A stretch of DNA of 64,000 bases from Dehalococcoidia bacterium (GCA_030612025.1 JAUWOR010000002.1:96001-160000); one strand, 5' to 3'; shown: positions 1 to 9,744, counted from the stretch's first letter. Notes: generated from the letters alone by a model not told the origin. A program made the numbers and translations.

Positions 1-454
1 CGAAAACAAAAGCCTTCACGCTTTGAATGATGTGGTAGTGCGAAGTACTGCTGTTCGTTTGGTTAACATAAGGGTAGAAATTGACGGCGAAATGTTAGCT
101 ACCTATCGAGCTGACGGAATTATAATAGCTACAGCCACCGGGAGCACTGGCTACTCCCTAGCAGCTGGTGGACCGATTCTTCAGCCTCAATCTAAGGAAA
201 TCATCCTTAAACCAATATCCTGCCATCTCGGCTTGAGCTATGCCCTGGTCTTGCCGCCTCAAAGTATAGTCGATTTAGAGATTGCTAGCGGAGATAAGGC
301 TATGCTCAGCCTTGACGGACAGGTTGATCTACCCCTACCCAGCGAGCAAAATGTGACCGTAAAGCTCAGTCCCTATGTAACCCGCTTCTTGAGAATTCAT
401 CAACCAACTTATTTCTATAGCTCTTTATGGCAGAAACTGAGAGGGAGGGAGTAG
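1..454 (+). CDS. nadK: NAD kinase, C-terminal part (5' truncated by window)
   Basis: LND..V, YRADGIIIATATGSTGYSLAAGGP and SLDGQ motifs of NAD kinases. Confidence 0.93.
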   Translation, partial: ENKSLHALNDVVVRSTAVRLVNIRVEIDGEMLATYRADGIIIATATGSTGYSLAAGGPILQPQSKEIILKPISCHLGLSYALVLPPQSIVDLEIASGDKAMLSLDGQVDLPLPSEQNVTVKLSPYVTRFLRIHQPTYFYSSLWQKLRGRE

Positions 455-455
455 C

Positions 456-908
456 ATGAACGTTGATAGAGCGAAGGTAAGCGATGCTACTGCAATGCAC
501 CAACTGATTAATCACTTTGCTGACAAAGGTGAGATGCTGCCTCGCGCTCTAAGCGAGATATATGAAAATATCAGAGATTACTTCGTAGTCAGGGATGACG
601 GGCAAGTGGTTGCTTGCATAGCTTTGCATGTCAACTGGCTTGATTTAGCCGAAATCAGGTCTTTAGCTGTTCATGAAAAGCGTCAAAAACAGGGGATTGG
701 CTCTTTGCTTGTCCAGGCCTGCCTCGATGAAGCTAAAAAACTAGGTATACCCACTGTGTTTTGTCTCACTTATAAACCGCCCCACTTCGAGAAGCATGGC
801 TTTCATCTGATTGATAAAACAGAATTGCCTCACAAGATATGGGCAGAATGCTATCGCTGTCCAAAATTTCCCAACTGTGATGAGGTAGCTCTTATCCGCC
901 ACATTTAA
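456..908 (+). CDS. argA: GNAT N-acetyltransferase, short N-acetylglutamate synthase type
   Basis: MLPRALSEIYENIRDYF, AEIRSLAV, QKQGIG acetyl-CoA motif, C-terminal LPHKIWAECxxCxKFPNCDE. Confidence 0.8.
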   Translation: MNVDRAKVSDATAMHQLINHFADKGEMLPRALSEIYENIRDYFVVRDDGQVVACIALHVNWLDLAEIRSLAVHEKRQKQGIGSLLVQACLDEAKKLGIPTVFCLTYKPPHFEKHGFHLIDKTELPHKIWAECYRCPKFPNCDEVALIRHI

Positions 909-925
909 TGTTAGCTGCGAGTTAA

Positions 926-1034
926 ATTTCCTCTCCCTTGACGGGAGAGGAGCAAGGCATGTCCCGAGTCGAAGCCCTGAGCATAGCGAAGGGGCAGCGA
1001 AGGATCGGGTGATAAACAAGGCGAAGCAATCCCA
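926..1034. repeat. Palindromic repeat cluster (CCTCTCCC..GGGAGAGG hairpin and GCGAAGCAATC modules)
   Basis: Same modules recur at many intergenic sites in the window. Confidence 0.75.
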
Positions 1035-1037
1035 AGA

Positions 1038-1162
1038 ATGCAAAAAGCAAGAGCAAGAATTCAAAATGACAAGGCAAATTTTAAAAATGAATTTAAGGGT
1101 CGCGTTTATAGATTTACATTTTAAATTGTAATTTTGCTTTTTTATCTTTGAATTTTGATATT
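1038..1162. repeat. AT-rich heptad-periodic inverted-repeat element, copy 1
   Basis: A-rich CAAAA arm mirrored by a TTTTG arm; CAAAATGACAA shared with 11819-11925 and a close variant at 32015-32113. Confidence 0.7.
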
Positions 1163-1173
1163 CTTGAGGAGTT

Positions 1174-1710
1174 ATGTTACCAGAGAAAAAGTTATCTAGC
1201 CAACCGATTTACCATGGTCGAGCAGTTAATTTACGCTTGGACACTGTCGAGAAGCCCGGTGGCAAAAAAGCTACCCGGGAAGTAGTAGAACATAGTGACT
1301 GTGTAGCTGTGATAGTCCTCGATGACCAGGACAACGTGCTGCTCGAACGCCAGTTTCGCTACCCAGTAGGCAAGTCCCTCCTGGAAATACCCGCTGGCGG
1401 CATCGACCCCGGTGAAGAGCCCATTGACTGTGTCCGCCGTGAATTACAGGAAGAAATTGGCTACTTGCCCAAGAAAATAGAGAGACTGGGCGGGTTTTAT
1501 TCTATTCCCGGCTATGGCACAGAATACCTACACTGCTACCTGGCCACTGACCTTGTGCCCAGCCGCTTGATGGCTGAAGATACTCAAAGTATTGAACTGG
1601 TGCGAGTCCCTCCAGATCAAATACCCCAACTTATCGCCTCAGGCGAGATCTGCGATGCCAAAAGCATCGCAGCCCTGCTCACCTTCCTCGTCACGCAGCA
1701 AGGCAAATAA
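1174..1710 (+). CDS. nudF: Nudix hydrolase, ADP-ribose pyrophosphatase-like
   Basis: Nudix box PAGGIDPGEEPIDCVRRELQEEIG; QFRYP; C-terminal ICDAKS. Confidence 0.88.
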   Translation: MLPEKKLSSQPIYHGRAVNLRLDTVEKPGGKKATREVVEHSDCVAVIVLDDQDNVLLERQFRYPVGKSLLEIPAGGIDPGEEPIDCVRRELQEEIGYLPKKIERLGGFYSIPGYGTEYLHCYLATDLVPSRLMAEDTQSIELVRVPPDQIPQLIASGEICDAKSIAALLTFLVTQQGK

Positions 1711-1811
1711 TCGCGCCCCAGTAGTATTTTAAAACCCTTATTGTTGTAAATCCTCCCACAAGCAAGAAGAGCTTTTGCTTTCTCTTTCACCACTGCCTTA
1801 GTCTTACGTTT

Positions 1812-1840
1812 TTGACAACGAGCTGTTTAGTAGTTAAACT
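1812..1840 (+). promoter_or_regulatory. sigma70-type promoter of the RM gene
   Basis: TTGACA-17 bp-TAAACT. Confidence 0.6.
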
Positions 1841-1948
1841 CAAAACGGAGGTTATAGAAATGGTAGATTGAGTAAGGCTCGGCCTCTATGTCGAGGATGA
1901 GCTACCCCGGCTAATGTGAACTAGCGATTACGTCCCAGTGAGTTGATA

Positions 1949-4900
1949 ATGAGCGATAGCTTAAAAGCATTCAATGCCTACATTCGCACTATTGAGAAAG
2001 AATTAGCCTTAGGCAACGCTACCGAGCATACCCACCGCTCAGCACTTAAAGCACTGCTCGAATCTTTAGGCGATGGCATAGTGGCCACTAATGAGCCTCG
2101 GCGTATCGAGTGTGGTGCACCGGATTTTGTCGTTACCAGAGGTTCGACAACTATCGGCTATGTTGAAGCTAAAGATGTGGGTAAAAGCCTGGATGAGGCC
2201 GAACGCTCTGAGCAGCTCCAGCACTATCGAGATTCGCTTACTAATCTCGTTCTGACCGATTATCTGGAATTTCGCTGGTACATGGATAGCGAACGACGTC
2301 TCACTGCTTGCTTGGGCACACCAACCGAGGATGGCAAGATAAAGCGTGACAAAGCAGGAATAGAGGCTGTTACCTGGCTCCTTGATGATTTCCTCTCACA
2401 TCAGGCTGAGCCTGTAGGCACACCCAAGGAATTAACCCAGCGCATGGCTCGCCTGGCTCATATGATTCGTGACCTCATAATAGCTGCTTTTGACAAAGAG
2501 TCCGAAGGTGGTTCACTCCACGCTCAATTTGTAGCTTTCAGGGACAATCTTATACCTGACCTTTCTACCGAGCAATTTGCTGATATGTATGCTCAGACTA
2601 TCGCCTATGGGCTTTTTGCTGCCCGCTGTAACCAATCTACAGGGACGGGCTTCACTCGTCAGAAGGCTGCCTACCTTTTGCCCAAGACCAATCCATTTCT
2701 AAGGAAGCTCTTTAATCATATCGCTGGGCCCGATTTGGACGACCGCATTGCCTGGTTGGTAGATGACCTGGCACAGCTACTTGCCCAGGCTGATATGGAG
2801 GCAGTCCTTAGGGATTTTGGCAAACGCACTGCTAAGGAAGACCCTGTGGTGCACTTCTACGAGACTTTTCTCACCGCCTATGACCCTAAGGTGCGAGAGA
2901 TGCGTGGCGTTTACTACACCCCAGAGCCGGTGGTTTCCTATATCGTGCGTTCTATTGACCACTTGCTCAAGACGCACTTCGATAAGCCTCAGGGGTTGGC
3001 AGACCCCAGCGTTCTCATCTTAGACCCGGCAGTAGGCACTGCTACTTTCCTTTATATGGTGATAAATGAAATTCACGATGCCTTGCTGAGTCAGGGACAG
3101 ATGGGACTCTGGAATGACTATGTGGCTGAAAAGCTCCTGCCTCGCATATTTGGGTTTGAGCTTCTTATGGCTCCTTATGCTATGGCTCACTTAAAGCTGG
3201 GGCTTTTGCTTAAGGAAACAGACTATCAATTTGAGAAGGAACAACGGCTGGGAATTTATCTTACCAATACTCTGGAGGAGGCTATCAAACACTCGGAGGC
3301 ACTATTTGCCAATTGGATAACTGAGGAAGCCAACGCCGCCGCTGAAATCAAGAAAGATAAGCCCATAATGGTGGTGCTGGGAAATCCGCCATATTCAGGT
3401 CACTCTGCTAATAAGGGGCCGTGGGCAAGACAACTAGTGGAGACATATAAGACCGTGGACGGCAAGCCCCTGGGTGAGAAGAATCCCAAATGGCTTCAGG
3501 ATGACTATGTTAAGTTTATCCGGTTTGGGCAGTGGCGTATTGAGAAGACGGAGCAAGGAATTTTAGGCTTTATCACCAATCATGCTTACCTGGACAACCC
3601 CACCTTCAGAGGCATGCGCCAGTCGCTGATAAACACCTTTACCAATATTTATATCCTCAATCTTCATGGCAATGTCAAAAAGCGAGAGGTTGCCCCTGAC
3701 GGCGGTAAGGACGAAAATGTATTTGACATCCAGCAGGGTGTAGCTATTGCATTATTTATTAAAGAGCCAGAAAAGGCCAGCCCAGCCAAAGTTCGCCATG
3801 CCGACCTTTGGGGTTTGCGTGAGGGGAAATATCACACCTTGTTTGAAACAGACATTACCACCACAGAATGGGCTGAGCTTGAGCCTCATAGTCCATTCTA
3901 TTTCTTTCTGCCACGGGATGAGGAATTACTGAGCGAGTATGAAAAGGGATGGAAAGTTACTGAGATTATCCCCGTTAATAGCGTAGGTATTGTTACCGCC
4001 AGAGACAACCTGACTATCTGCTGGTCTAATAAAGGGATGGAGGACACTATCCATGATTTTGCCTCCCTTACTCCAGAGGAGGCACAGGAGAAATATAAGC
4101 TTGGCAACGATGTGCGTGATTGGAAAGTAGCCCTGGCGCAAAAAGACCTCCAAGATACAAAACTGCGCCACGAGCTGATAGTCCCCATCTTATATCGCCC
4201 CTTCGATGTTCGTTACACCTATTATACTGGTCACTCAAGGGGTTTTCACTGCATGCCTCGCCCCCGGGTCATGCGCCACATGCTCGCAGGAGAGAATGTG
4301 GCACTTTTGTGCAAACGCCAATCTAGGCTCATCCCGTTTTCCTATATCTTCGCTTCTTCCCAAATCACCGAAAGCTGTGTCTTCGAGAGTGCTTATGCCA
4401 ATAATTCTGTGCTTCCCCTCTACCTCTATCCCTCTAAGGAAGAGATTGCCAGTGGTCTCTATCAGCCAGGGGATCGCCGCCCTAATTTGAGCCCAGATTT
4501 TATTAAGGACTTCTCAGAAAAACTGGGACTCAAGTTTATCGAGGATGGCAAGGGTGACCTTGAAGAAACCTTCGGGCCTGAGGACATTTTCAACTATGCC
4601 TATGCCGTCTTCCACTCGCCCACCTACCGCAGCCGCTATGCCGAATTCCTCAAAATAGACTTTCCCAGACTGCCACTTACCTCGAATAAGGAGCTATTCA
4701 AAACACTGGTAGCTAAAGGTGGAGAACTCGTATCCCTTCATCTTATGGAATCTCCTAAACTCAATAGCCTTATCACCAAATATCCTATCGTAGGTCCCAA
4801 TCAGGTAGAGACAGTTAGGTATGACGAAGCTAACCAGCGAGTCTATATCAACAAGAGCCAGTATTTTGAAGGCGTCTCCCCAGAGGTGTGGAATTTCCAC

Positions 4901-5065
4901 ATCGGAGGCTATCAGGTCTGTCAGAAGTGGCTTAAAGATAGGAAGGGCAGGACTCTCAACTTCAATGACCTACTCCACTACCAGAAAATTATCGTAGCCC
5001 TTAAAGAAACCATCCTCCTGATGAGGGAGATAGATAGTCTGATTCCGAACTGGCCGATTGAATGA
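1949..5065 (+). CDS. Single-chain Type IIG/ISP-like restriction-modification enzyme (nuclease + N6-adenine MTase + specificity domain)
   Basis: N-terminal PD-(D/E)xK (GAPDF...YVEAK), GVYYTP, DPAVGT SAM motif, NPPY, and ISP-type C-terminus (YRPFD, FPRLP, IGGYQV..KWLKDR); no helicase motifs. Confidence 0.9.
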   Translation: MSDSLKAFNAYIRTIEKELALGNATEHTHRSALKALLESLGDGIVATNEPRRIECGAPDFVVTRGSTTIGYVEAKDVGKSLDEAERSEQLQHYRDSLTNLVLTDYLEFRWYMDSERRLTACLGTPTEDGKIKRDKAGIEAVTWLLDDFLSHQAEPVGTPKELTQRMARLAHMIRDLIIAAFDKESEGGSLHAQFVAFRDNLIPDLSTEQFADMYAQTIAYGLFAARCNQSTGTGFTRQKAAYLLPKTNPFLRKLFNHIAGPDLDDRIAWLVDDLAQLLAQADMEAVLRDFGKRTAKEDPVVHFYETFLTAYDPKVREMRGVYYTPEPVVSYIVRSIDHLLKTHFDKPQGLADPSVLILDPAVGTATFLYMVINEIHDALLSQGQMGLWNDYVAEKLLPRIFGFELLMAPYAMAHLKLGLLLKETDYQFEKEQRLGIYLTNTLEEAIKHSEALFANWITEEANAAAEIKKDKPIMVVLGNPPYSGHSANKGPWARQLVETYKTVDGKPLGEKNPKWLQDDYVKFIRFGQWRIEKTEQGILGFITNHAYLDNPTFRGMRQSLINTFTNIYILNLHGNVKKREVAPDGGKDENVFDIQQGVAIALFIKEPEKASPAKVRHADLWGLREGKYHTLFETDITTTEWAELEPHSPFYFFLPRDEELLSEYEKGWKVTEIIPVNSVGIVTARDNLTICWSNKGMEDTIHDFASLTPEEAQEKYKLGNDVRDWKVALAQKDLQDTKLRHELIVPILYRPFDVRYTYYTGHSRGFHCMPRPRVMRHMLAGENVALLCKRQSRLIPFSYIFASSQITESCVFESAYANNSVLPLYLYPSKEEIASGLYQPGDRRPNLSPDFIKDFSEKLGLKFIEDGKGDLEETFGPEDIFNYAYAVFHSPTYRSRYAEFLKIDFPRLPLTSNKELFKTLVAKGGELVSLHLMESPKLNSLITKYPIVGPNQVETVRYDEANQRVYINKSQYFEGVSPEVWNFHIGGYQVCQKWLKDRKGRTLNFNDLLHYQKIIVALKETILLMREIDSLIPNWPIE

Positions 5066-5076
5066 GGAGCTAACAT

Positions 5077-6087
5077 ATGAGAAAAGAAATCTACAACTTA
5101 GAATTCCCCTCTAATTGCCCTGCAATGTCTATCTTTGGATACCAGTTTACCAGGGTAGATGATTACCAGAATAGAATAACCAGCTTGCAACACTTGATTA
5201 CATCCTCCTCAGAGTTTGAGATATATGCCAATACGGGTAAACATGCCGTAACTGCGTATGTTGACCTTCCTGAGAACGAACAAGAAGCAGCTCTCGCCTG
5301 GGCTGGTGATAGCAATACCGCCTTAATTGATATCCTGTTACTCCTCTCGATTTTTACTGGTCGTGATGTCTTTATGGCTGATAGCGCAATTGATGACGGT
5401 AGTGGTAAAGTAATAATAGCAGACCCACAGCTTTATCCTTGGGGAGGAACACTTGGATGTTCCCTACCTTATAGGGCACAGCCTATAGAGCCATCTCCTG
5501 CTAGCTATAATATCGGTTTCGAAGAAGGTCTTAATAAAGTATGTGAATTGATCAGAACTGAAGAGTGGCAGCGCAAATACCAGAAGGGCTATTTTCTGTT
5601 TTTAGCACAAGAAGCTTTTCGTAATCGATCTCTGGATATAGCCTTTATTCATTGCTGGACAATATGGGAGCATTTATTTGCAATTCTTAACCATGAAGGG
5701 CTTCCAGCGTCTGAGCAGGTAGCTTTTCTCTTAAAAAACTATGAGTTGAGGGACAATATAGGCGAGGAGGATAGAAAGCGAATTAGAGTCTTGGTAGGAA
5801 TCCGAGGCGGACTCGTTCATTCTGGGCGCTTCCCTAAGAAGGAGAAGAACGCCCCGAAGCGTGAGTCCAAGGATTCTTTAGAACAGGAGTTGGTATATGA
5901 TGACGCAGTTCTCTTCATAAGGTTGACAGAGTTTATCATAGCCAGAATACTTGGACTATCACCTTCCGATGTATTCGATACAACAAAGCGCTTGGAAGAT
6001 TTCTTGACCAAAAGTTATGATTCACGATTAGCTGCACGTGAAAAGCACAACAACGCGGTGCGAGCTCTGCGGAGGAGATGGGCATGA
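5077..6087 (+). CDS. Hypothetical protein with putative C-terminal HEPN (ApeA-like) domain
   Basis: WTIWEHLF helix followed by Rx4H (IRGGLVHSG); starts 11 bp after the RM gene. Confidence 0.55.
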   Translation: MRKEIYNLEFPSNCPAMSIFGYQFTRVDDYQNRITSLQHLITSSSEFEIYANTGKHAVTAYVDLPENEQEAALAWAGDSNTALIDILLLLSIFTGRDVFMADSAIDDGSGKVIIADPQLYPWGGTLGCSLPYRAQPIEPSPASYNIGFEEGLNKVCELIRTEEWQRKYQKGYFLFLAQEAFRNRSLDIAFIHCWTIWEHLFAILNHEGLPASEQVAFLLKNYELRDNIGEEDRKRIRVLVGIRGGLVHSGRFPKKEKNAPKRESKDSLEQELVYDDAVLFIRLTEFIIARILGLSPSDVFDTTKRLEDFLTKSYDSRLAAREKHNNAVRALRRRWA

Positions 6088-6353
6088 AGGTCAAATGTCC
6101 TAAGTGTGGATTTGAGGATGAAGGCAATTTCTGTAGTCGGTGCGGAGCACCCTTGCCCAAACCTTCCATTGTAAAAGAGGAAGCTGTGGTTGCTGAAGCT
6201 CCGTGGACGGCAAAATGCCCAGTGTGCAAATCGGGCCAGCTTAAGCTAGTAACACAGAAGAAATTCCTTGGCCTACTTAGACATAATTTATCTGAAAAAC
6301 AGATTAGCGAGTGGTGGCCCCAGGATTTGGTCGACTGGATAGAGAAAAGATAG
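6078..6353 (+). CDS. Zinc-ribbon protein, probably truncated or chimeric
   Basis: CPKC..FCSRCG and CPVC motifs; abrupt change to AT-rich sequence near 6280. Confidence 0.5.
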   Translation: MGMKVKCPKCGFEDEGNFCSRCGAPLPKPSIVKEEAVVAEAPWTAKCPVCKSGQLKLVTQKKFLGLLRHNLSEKQISEWWPQDLVDWIEKR

Positions 6354-6605
6354 AGACACTATTATTCACATTTTCTTCCTACTCTGAAAAAACAAAGCGC
6401 TTTGTTCATATCTGACTTTGTGAAAGACCAACAATTACAAAATAGGTTCTCGCGACTATCTTGACCAATAATAAATAGCATGAATGCAGCAAAATAGCTT
6501 GACGCGAAAGAACTCACAGAGATTTATGAGCTGTCATACGTAATTCCGAACCGCGCTCTTGAGAAAGGAAAAACAAAATAGTTTAATATGAGCGGAGCTA
6601 GAAAA

Positions 6606-6788
6606 ATGAGCAACAAAGCTAAACCACGTAAATCCTGGCAGGAGAAGTTGGCAGATAGTAAAGGTCTGCCAAAAGTCCAAGAAATCACCGATAAGATGAG
6701 TAAAAGGTGGGGAACAGGTACGGTTGTTATTCCAGCACCAAAAGAAGTGGATGAAATTATGAGAAAAATTCCCGAAGGCAAACTCACA
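6606..6788 (+). pseudogene. 5' fragment of an MGMT/ATL-family DNA-binding protein
   Basis: RKSWQEKL...WGTGTVVIPAPKEVDEIMRKIPEGKLT; the frame then runs into the antisense strand of another gene. Confidence 0.65.
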
Positions 6789-6890
6789 GCCGTTGTAGGG
6801 ATTTATGCTGTAGCGGCACCAAAACCAGCTATCTATGAATTTATATTTATTCAAGATGGTCTTAAATTCCTTGGGAACGTATTTAATCAT
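6775..6890 (-). pseudogene. 5' fragment of an SplB/Rv2578c-like radical SAM protein
   Basis: YSINPYNGCEFA breaks after the first Cys of the expected CxxxCxxC; RBS AGGTG upstream. Confidence 0.7.
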
Positions 6891-6936
6891 TTCACCTGCC
6901 TGTTCATCCCGTTTGCCCTATCCGAGTGGCAATTTC

Positions 6937-7009
6937 AGATAATGTTCGCGTGTTTGCGAGGTGCGAAGCACTCGGGTTAACGCAGTCAGCCGCAAAGCAC
7001 GTGTTAGGC
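6937..7009 (-). mobile_element. attC-like integron cassette recombination site (73 bp)
   Basis: Minus strand: GCCTAAC-ACGTG(C)TTTGCG...CGCAAACACG-CGAAC-ATTATCT; imperfect palindrome with one extra base; R' degenerate (ATT for GTT). Confidence 0.55.
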
Positions 7010-7089
7010 AACGTAGGGCGAGTCCTGAAGGAACCAGGTTTTGCTTGGCAGCTACAAACATTGTTTTTCAGTTGTTCTAAACTGGCATA

Positions 7090-8142
7090 TTAAGCTTTAG
7101 AGCGCTCTTGAAGAGCAGCTTTAATCTCCTCCTGTACCTCTGAGCCTACTTCACTTTTAAGTGATCGAGTTAGTGCTTCTCTTGCTTTCTTGCCCCCGAT
7201 TCTTCCCAGTGCCCAGGCAACATACGAACGAACCTTGGGCTCGGAATAACTGAGCGCTTGAACAAGCGCGGGCACCGCCATTGGATCACGGATGTTCCCA
7301 AGCGCTAGGGCGACATTCCGCCGAAGAGTCGAAATGTCCATCTGGAGAACATGATTTGGCAATACTGTTTTGTAGTAATTTTCGTCCCCTAAGAGCAATG
7401 GGATTAGTTCTGGGCTATCGGATTTTTCCTCTATCTCAACCGGATAATGCCTTCTCGGTATTAGCCTTTGATTCTTGGGGCAAGCCTCTTGGCAGATTTC
7501 GCACCCGGTAAGCCGAGTCCCTACTTTCTTCCTGAGTTCGCGGGGGATAGGCGCTCCATCAAGCCACTCGGCAATACACAAGGATGGCATGACTTTGTAA
7601 GATTCTTTTATTGCATTAGTGGGGCAAGCTTCTATGCAAGCAATGCAATCGCCACAGTCAGAAAGTTTATAAGGCCGGTCCTCTGCCTCAAGCGGTGCAT
7701 CAGTAATCACGCCTTCCAGATAAATCCATGAACCAAAGCCATCGGCATGAACAAGACTGTTCTTGCCATAAACCCCGATTCCCGCTTTGACCGCCAGTGG
7801 CTTAAGAGGTATGTTTTGTCCTCGTTCTCTTTTAACTGCATTATATCCCCTTTCGTTTAGGTACTCCTTGATTACTTGATAGCAATATTCATCCATAGCA
7901 GAAAATGCTCCTAACCCTGGTGAAAGCCTGCCACATGGTGCACCTGGTCTCGATGGTTCTGTCACCGGACTACCAAAACAAAAACCAAACACAACTATAG
8001 ATTTGGCATTTTCAAGAGAGGCTCTTGGGTCCATAAGCGGCTTATCCAGCCCATCTACCTCAAAGGCTTTAGCAGAGGTTACACCGATCAGATCGATGCC
8101 TTGCTTGACAGTATATTCTTTGAGTTCCGCAGTCAAAGACAT
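7090..8142 (-). CDS. Epoxyqueuosine reductase (QueG)-like cobalamin/2x[4Fe-4S] protein with C-terminal HEAT repeats
   Basis: AGIGVYGKNSL, GFGSWIYL, CGDCIACIEACPT, GCEICQEACP, RRNVALALGN; ATG at 8142 with GGAG RBS. Confidence 0.82.
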   Translation of the reverse strand: MSLTAELKEYTVKQGIDLIGVTSAKAFEVDGLDKPLMDPRASLENAKSIVVFGFCFGSPVTEPSRPGAPCGRLSPGLGAFSAMDEYCYQVIKEYLNERGYNAVKRERGQNIPLKPLAVKAGIGVYGKNSLVHADGFGSWIYLEGVITDAPLEAEDRPYKLSDCGDCIACIEACPTNAIKESYKVMPSLCIAEWLDGAPIPRELRKKVGTRLTGCEICQEACPKNQRLIPRRHYPVEIEEKSDSPELIPLLLGDENYYKTVLPNHVLQMDISTLRRNVALALGNIRDPMAVPALVQALSYSEPKVRSYVAWALGRIGGKKAREALTRSLKSEVGSEVQEEIKAALQERSKA

Positions 8143-8221
8143 TGATCTCCTTCCCGCATGTCCCTTGGAAGCCTTGGCCAGTATTATTTTCCAAGTAGGC
8201 AAAGCTGCCAGGCAAAATGTG

Positions 8222-8274
8222 GCCTAACAACCATATAGACGAACTCTGAGTTCGCCTAATCCGATTTGTTCCCT
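8222..8274 (-). mobile_element. Short attC-like site upstream of the QueG-like gene
   Basis: Minus strand: AGGGAAC-AA...TAGGCGAAC/GTTCGTCTA...TT-GTTAGGC; perfect GTTRRRY core, degenerate R''; 53 bp, slightly shorter than canonical attC. Confidence 0.45.
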
Positions 8275-8499
8275 GACGTGGTGATGCCCCCTACCATAAA
8301 TCGCCTGCCTACTTTTACTTGTTACCTTAAATCCATTCCCCACCCGTCACAGGTTAGCTACCGTAGCACCTCGATTGCACTTTGGATGCTTCTTTTGGAC
8401 CTGTCATCGGCAATCTTCAACCACTCCTCATACAACGGGAGCAATTCTTTTTCCTTTGTGCGGTTTTCTGCCAATCTAAGTGTTCATCCCTTAAATTTT

Positions 8500-8644
8500 C
8501 GCAGAGGTAAAAAGGCATGACTTGCTCTTGATATTTTAAGAATTCATTTCCAAGCTCTTGTGCCAAAAGCTTAGTTTTCCATGAAGCGACTATCGAAAGC
8601 AAAGCCATCATATAAACCAAAGTTATTGGTCCAATTTTGGTCAA
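8500..8644 (-). pseudogene. C-terminal remnant resembling an isoprenylcysteine/phospholipid methyltransferase
   Basis: Hydrophobic helix followed by KLLAQELGNEFLKYQEQVMPF. Confidence 0.4.
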
Positions 8645-8812
8645 AAATCAAGGCGCATGAAGGGATTCCGGTTGAAAGCCCCCGTCATCCACGCCTGAGA
8701 GACAAAAGCAACACATTGAGGTATTATAGTTGAAAGTATCCAAGTCTCGGGAGCTCGCAGTTTGGGCATCTCGCTTCTAGTATTTTTCAGCCGTGCTCTT
8801 TGTTTCCCCTTT

Positions 8813-9199
8813 TTATTTCTTAGACTTGAAGCGGTCAATTACATTCTCGATATTTTGATGTCTTCTGGTAATTAGGATTCTATGCCAATCACTGTAATAG
8901 TAAATACCCTGGAAAACCGAGCCACTTAAAACTCCGCAGGATATTGCTGAAACCAAAAAGTGGACGTTTGTTATCAGACTAAAAATTATTATTCCTGAAG
9001 AGATAAGCCAATGGTGAAAGTGAATCTTGTACTTCCCAAAAGGAATGACAATTGATTTTATTCTACCAGGTTTTCCACTTGTTTTGCCGGCCATGTATTT
9101 GGTTAGCAGAAAACCTAGAAGCCAGCCCACAAAGAAGAGATAACCAAGAATAATACCAGCAGCTAGCAGTGGAGGAATGCAAACTAGCTTCCTCTTCAT
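8813..9199 (-). CDS. Small membrane protein with HxHHW motif
   Basis: About three hydrophobic segments; GGAG RBS; IHFHHW and YSDW. Confidence 0.65.
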   Translation of the reverse strand: MKRKLVCIPPLLAAGIILGYLFFVGWLLGFLLTKYMAGKTSGKPGRIKSIVIPFGKYKIHFHHWLISSGIIIFSLITNVHFLVSAISCGVLSGSVFQGIYYYSDWHRILITRRHQNIENVIDRFKSKK

Positions 9200-9375
9200 C
9201 TAAGAGATACTCCACATTCCCACTTTGCCATGTTCAACTATTTTCCCTCCATAACAGAATCTACCGGCCTTCTCCTCACCCATCATAACAATAGAATGGA
9301 GTTGTTGTAAACCCCTATACAGAATAAGACCCCCCATGATACCTATGCCTTCCTACCAATTGCTTCTAAGTTCCT

Positions 9376-9711
9376 CTAAATAATATTCCCTGGTAAATCT
9401 ATTGGAGCTATGCTAATTATTTGATTATTCTCGCACCAGATTTGTTCTGTAGCTAGGTTAAGGGGAACATCAACTTTTTGCCCTTCCAGTCTCACAAAGC
9501 AATGGGGCAATATCCGCGGGATAAATGGGAATGTGCGTCTTGGCGTTATTGAGATAGGTGCAACAACTAAATTAGCACTAAGCCCTAACTCATGAGCTTT
9601 TCTTACTACCTTGATGGATTTATGAAAGCAGTTATTTGTCAATAATGAGTAAGGCTCATGGTATGCTTGGTCAATAAACTGCTTCATCCTAGCTTCGTTC
9701 ACCAGCATCAT
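9376..9711 (-). CDS. Hypothetical protein, possible minimal transglutaminase-like fold
   Basis: Cys (NNC), His (PHC) and Asp (VDV) in transglutaminase order. Confidence 0.5.
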   Translation of the reverse strand: MMLVNEARMKQFIDQAYHEPYSLLTNNCFHKSIKVVRKAHELGLSANLVVAPISITPRRTFPFIPRILPHCFVRLEGQKVDVPLNLATEQIWCENNQIISIAPIDLPGNII

Positions 9712-9744
9712 CTTAATCCTCTCCCTTTATGGGAGAGGAAATTT

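Noticed and set aside
7090-8142. Reductive dehalogenase (RdhA)
   Set aside because: No TAT signal and no RdhB anchor gene; the size, Cys spacing and HEAT tail fit QueG-like proteins better.
8655-8700. Possible IS200/IS605 end (GAAAGCCCCCGTC)
   Set aside because: The hairpin is incomplete and no tnpA/tnpB remnant is recognisable.
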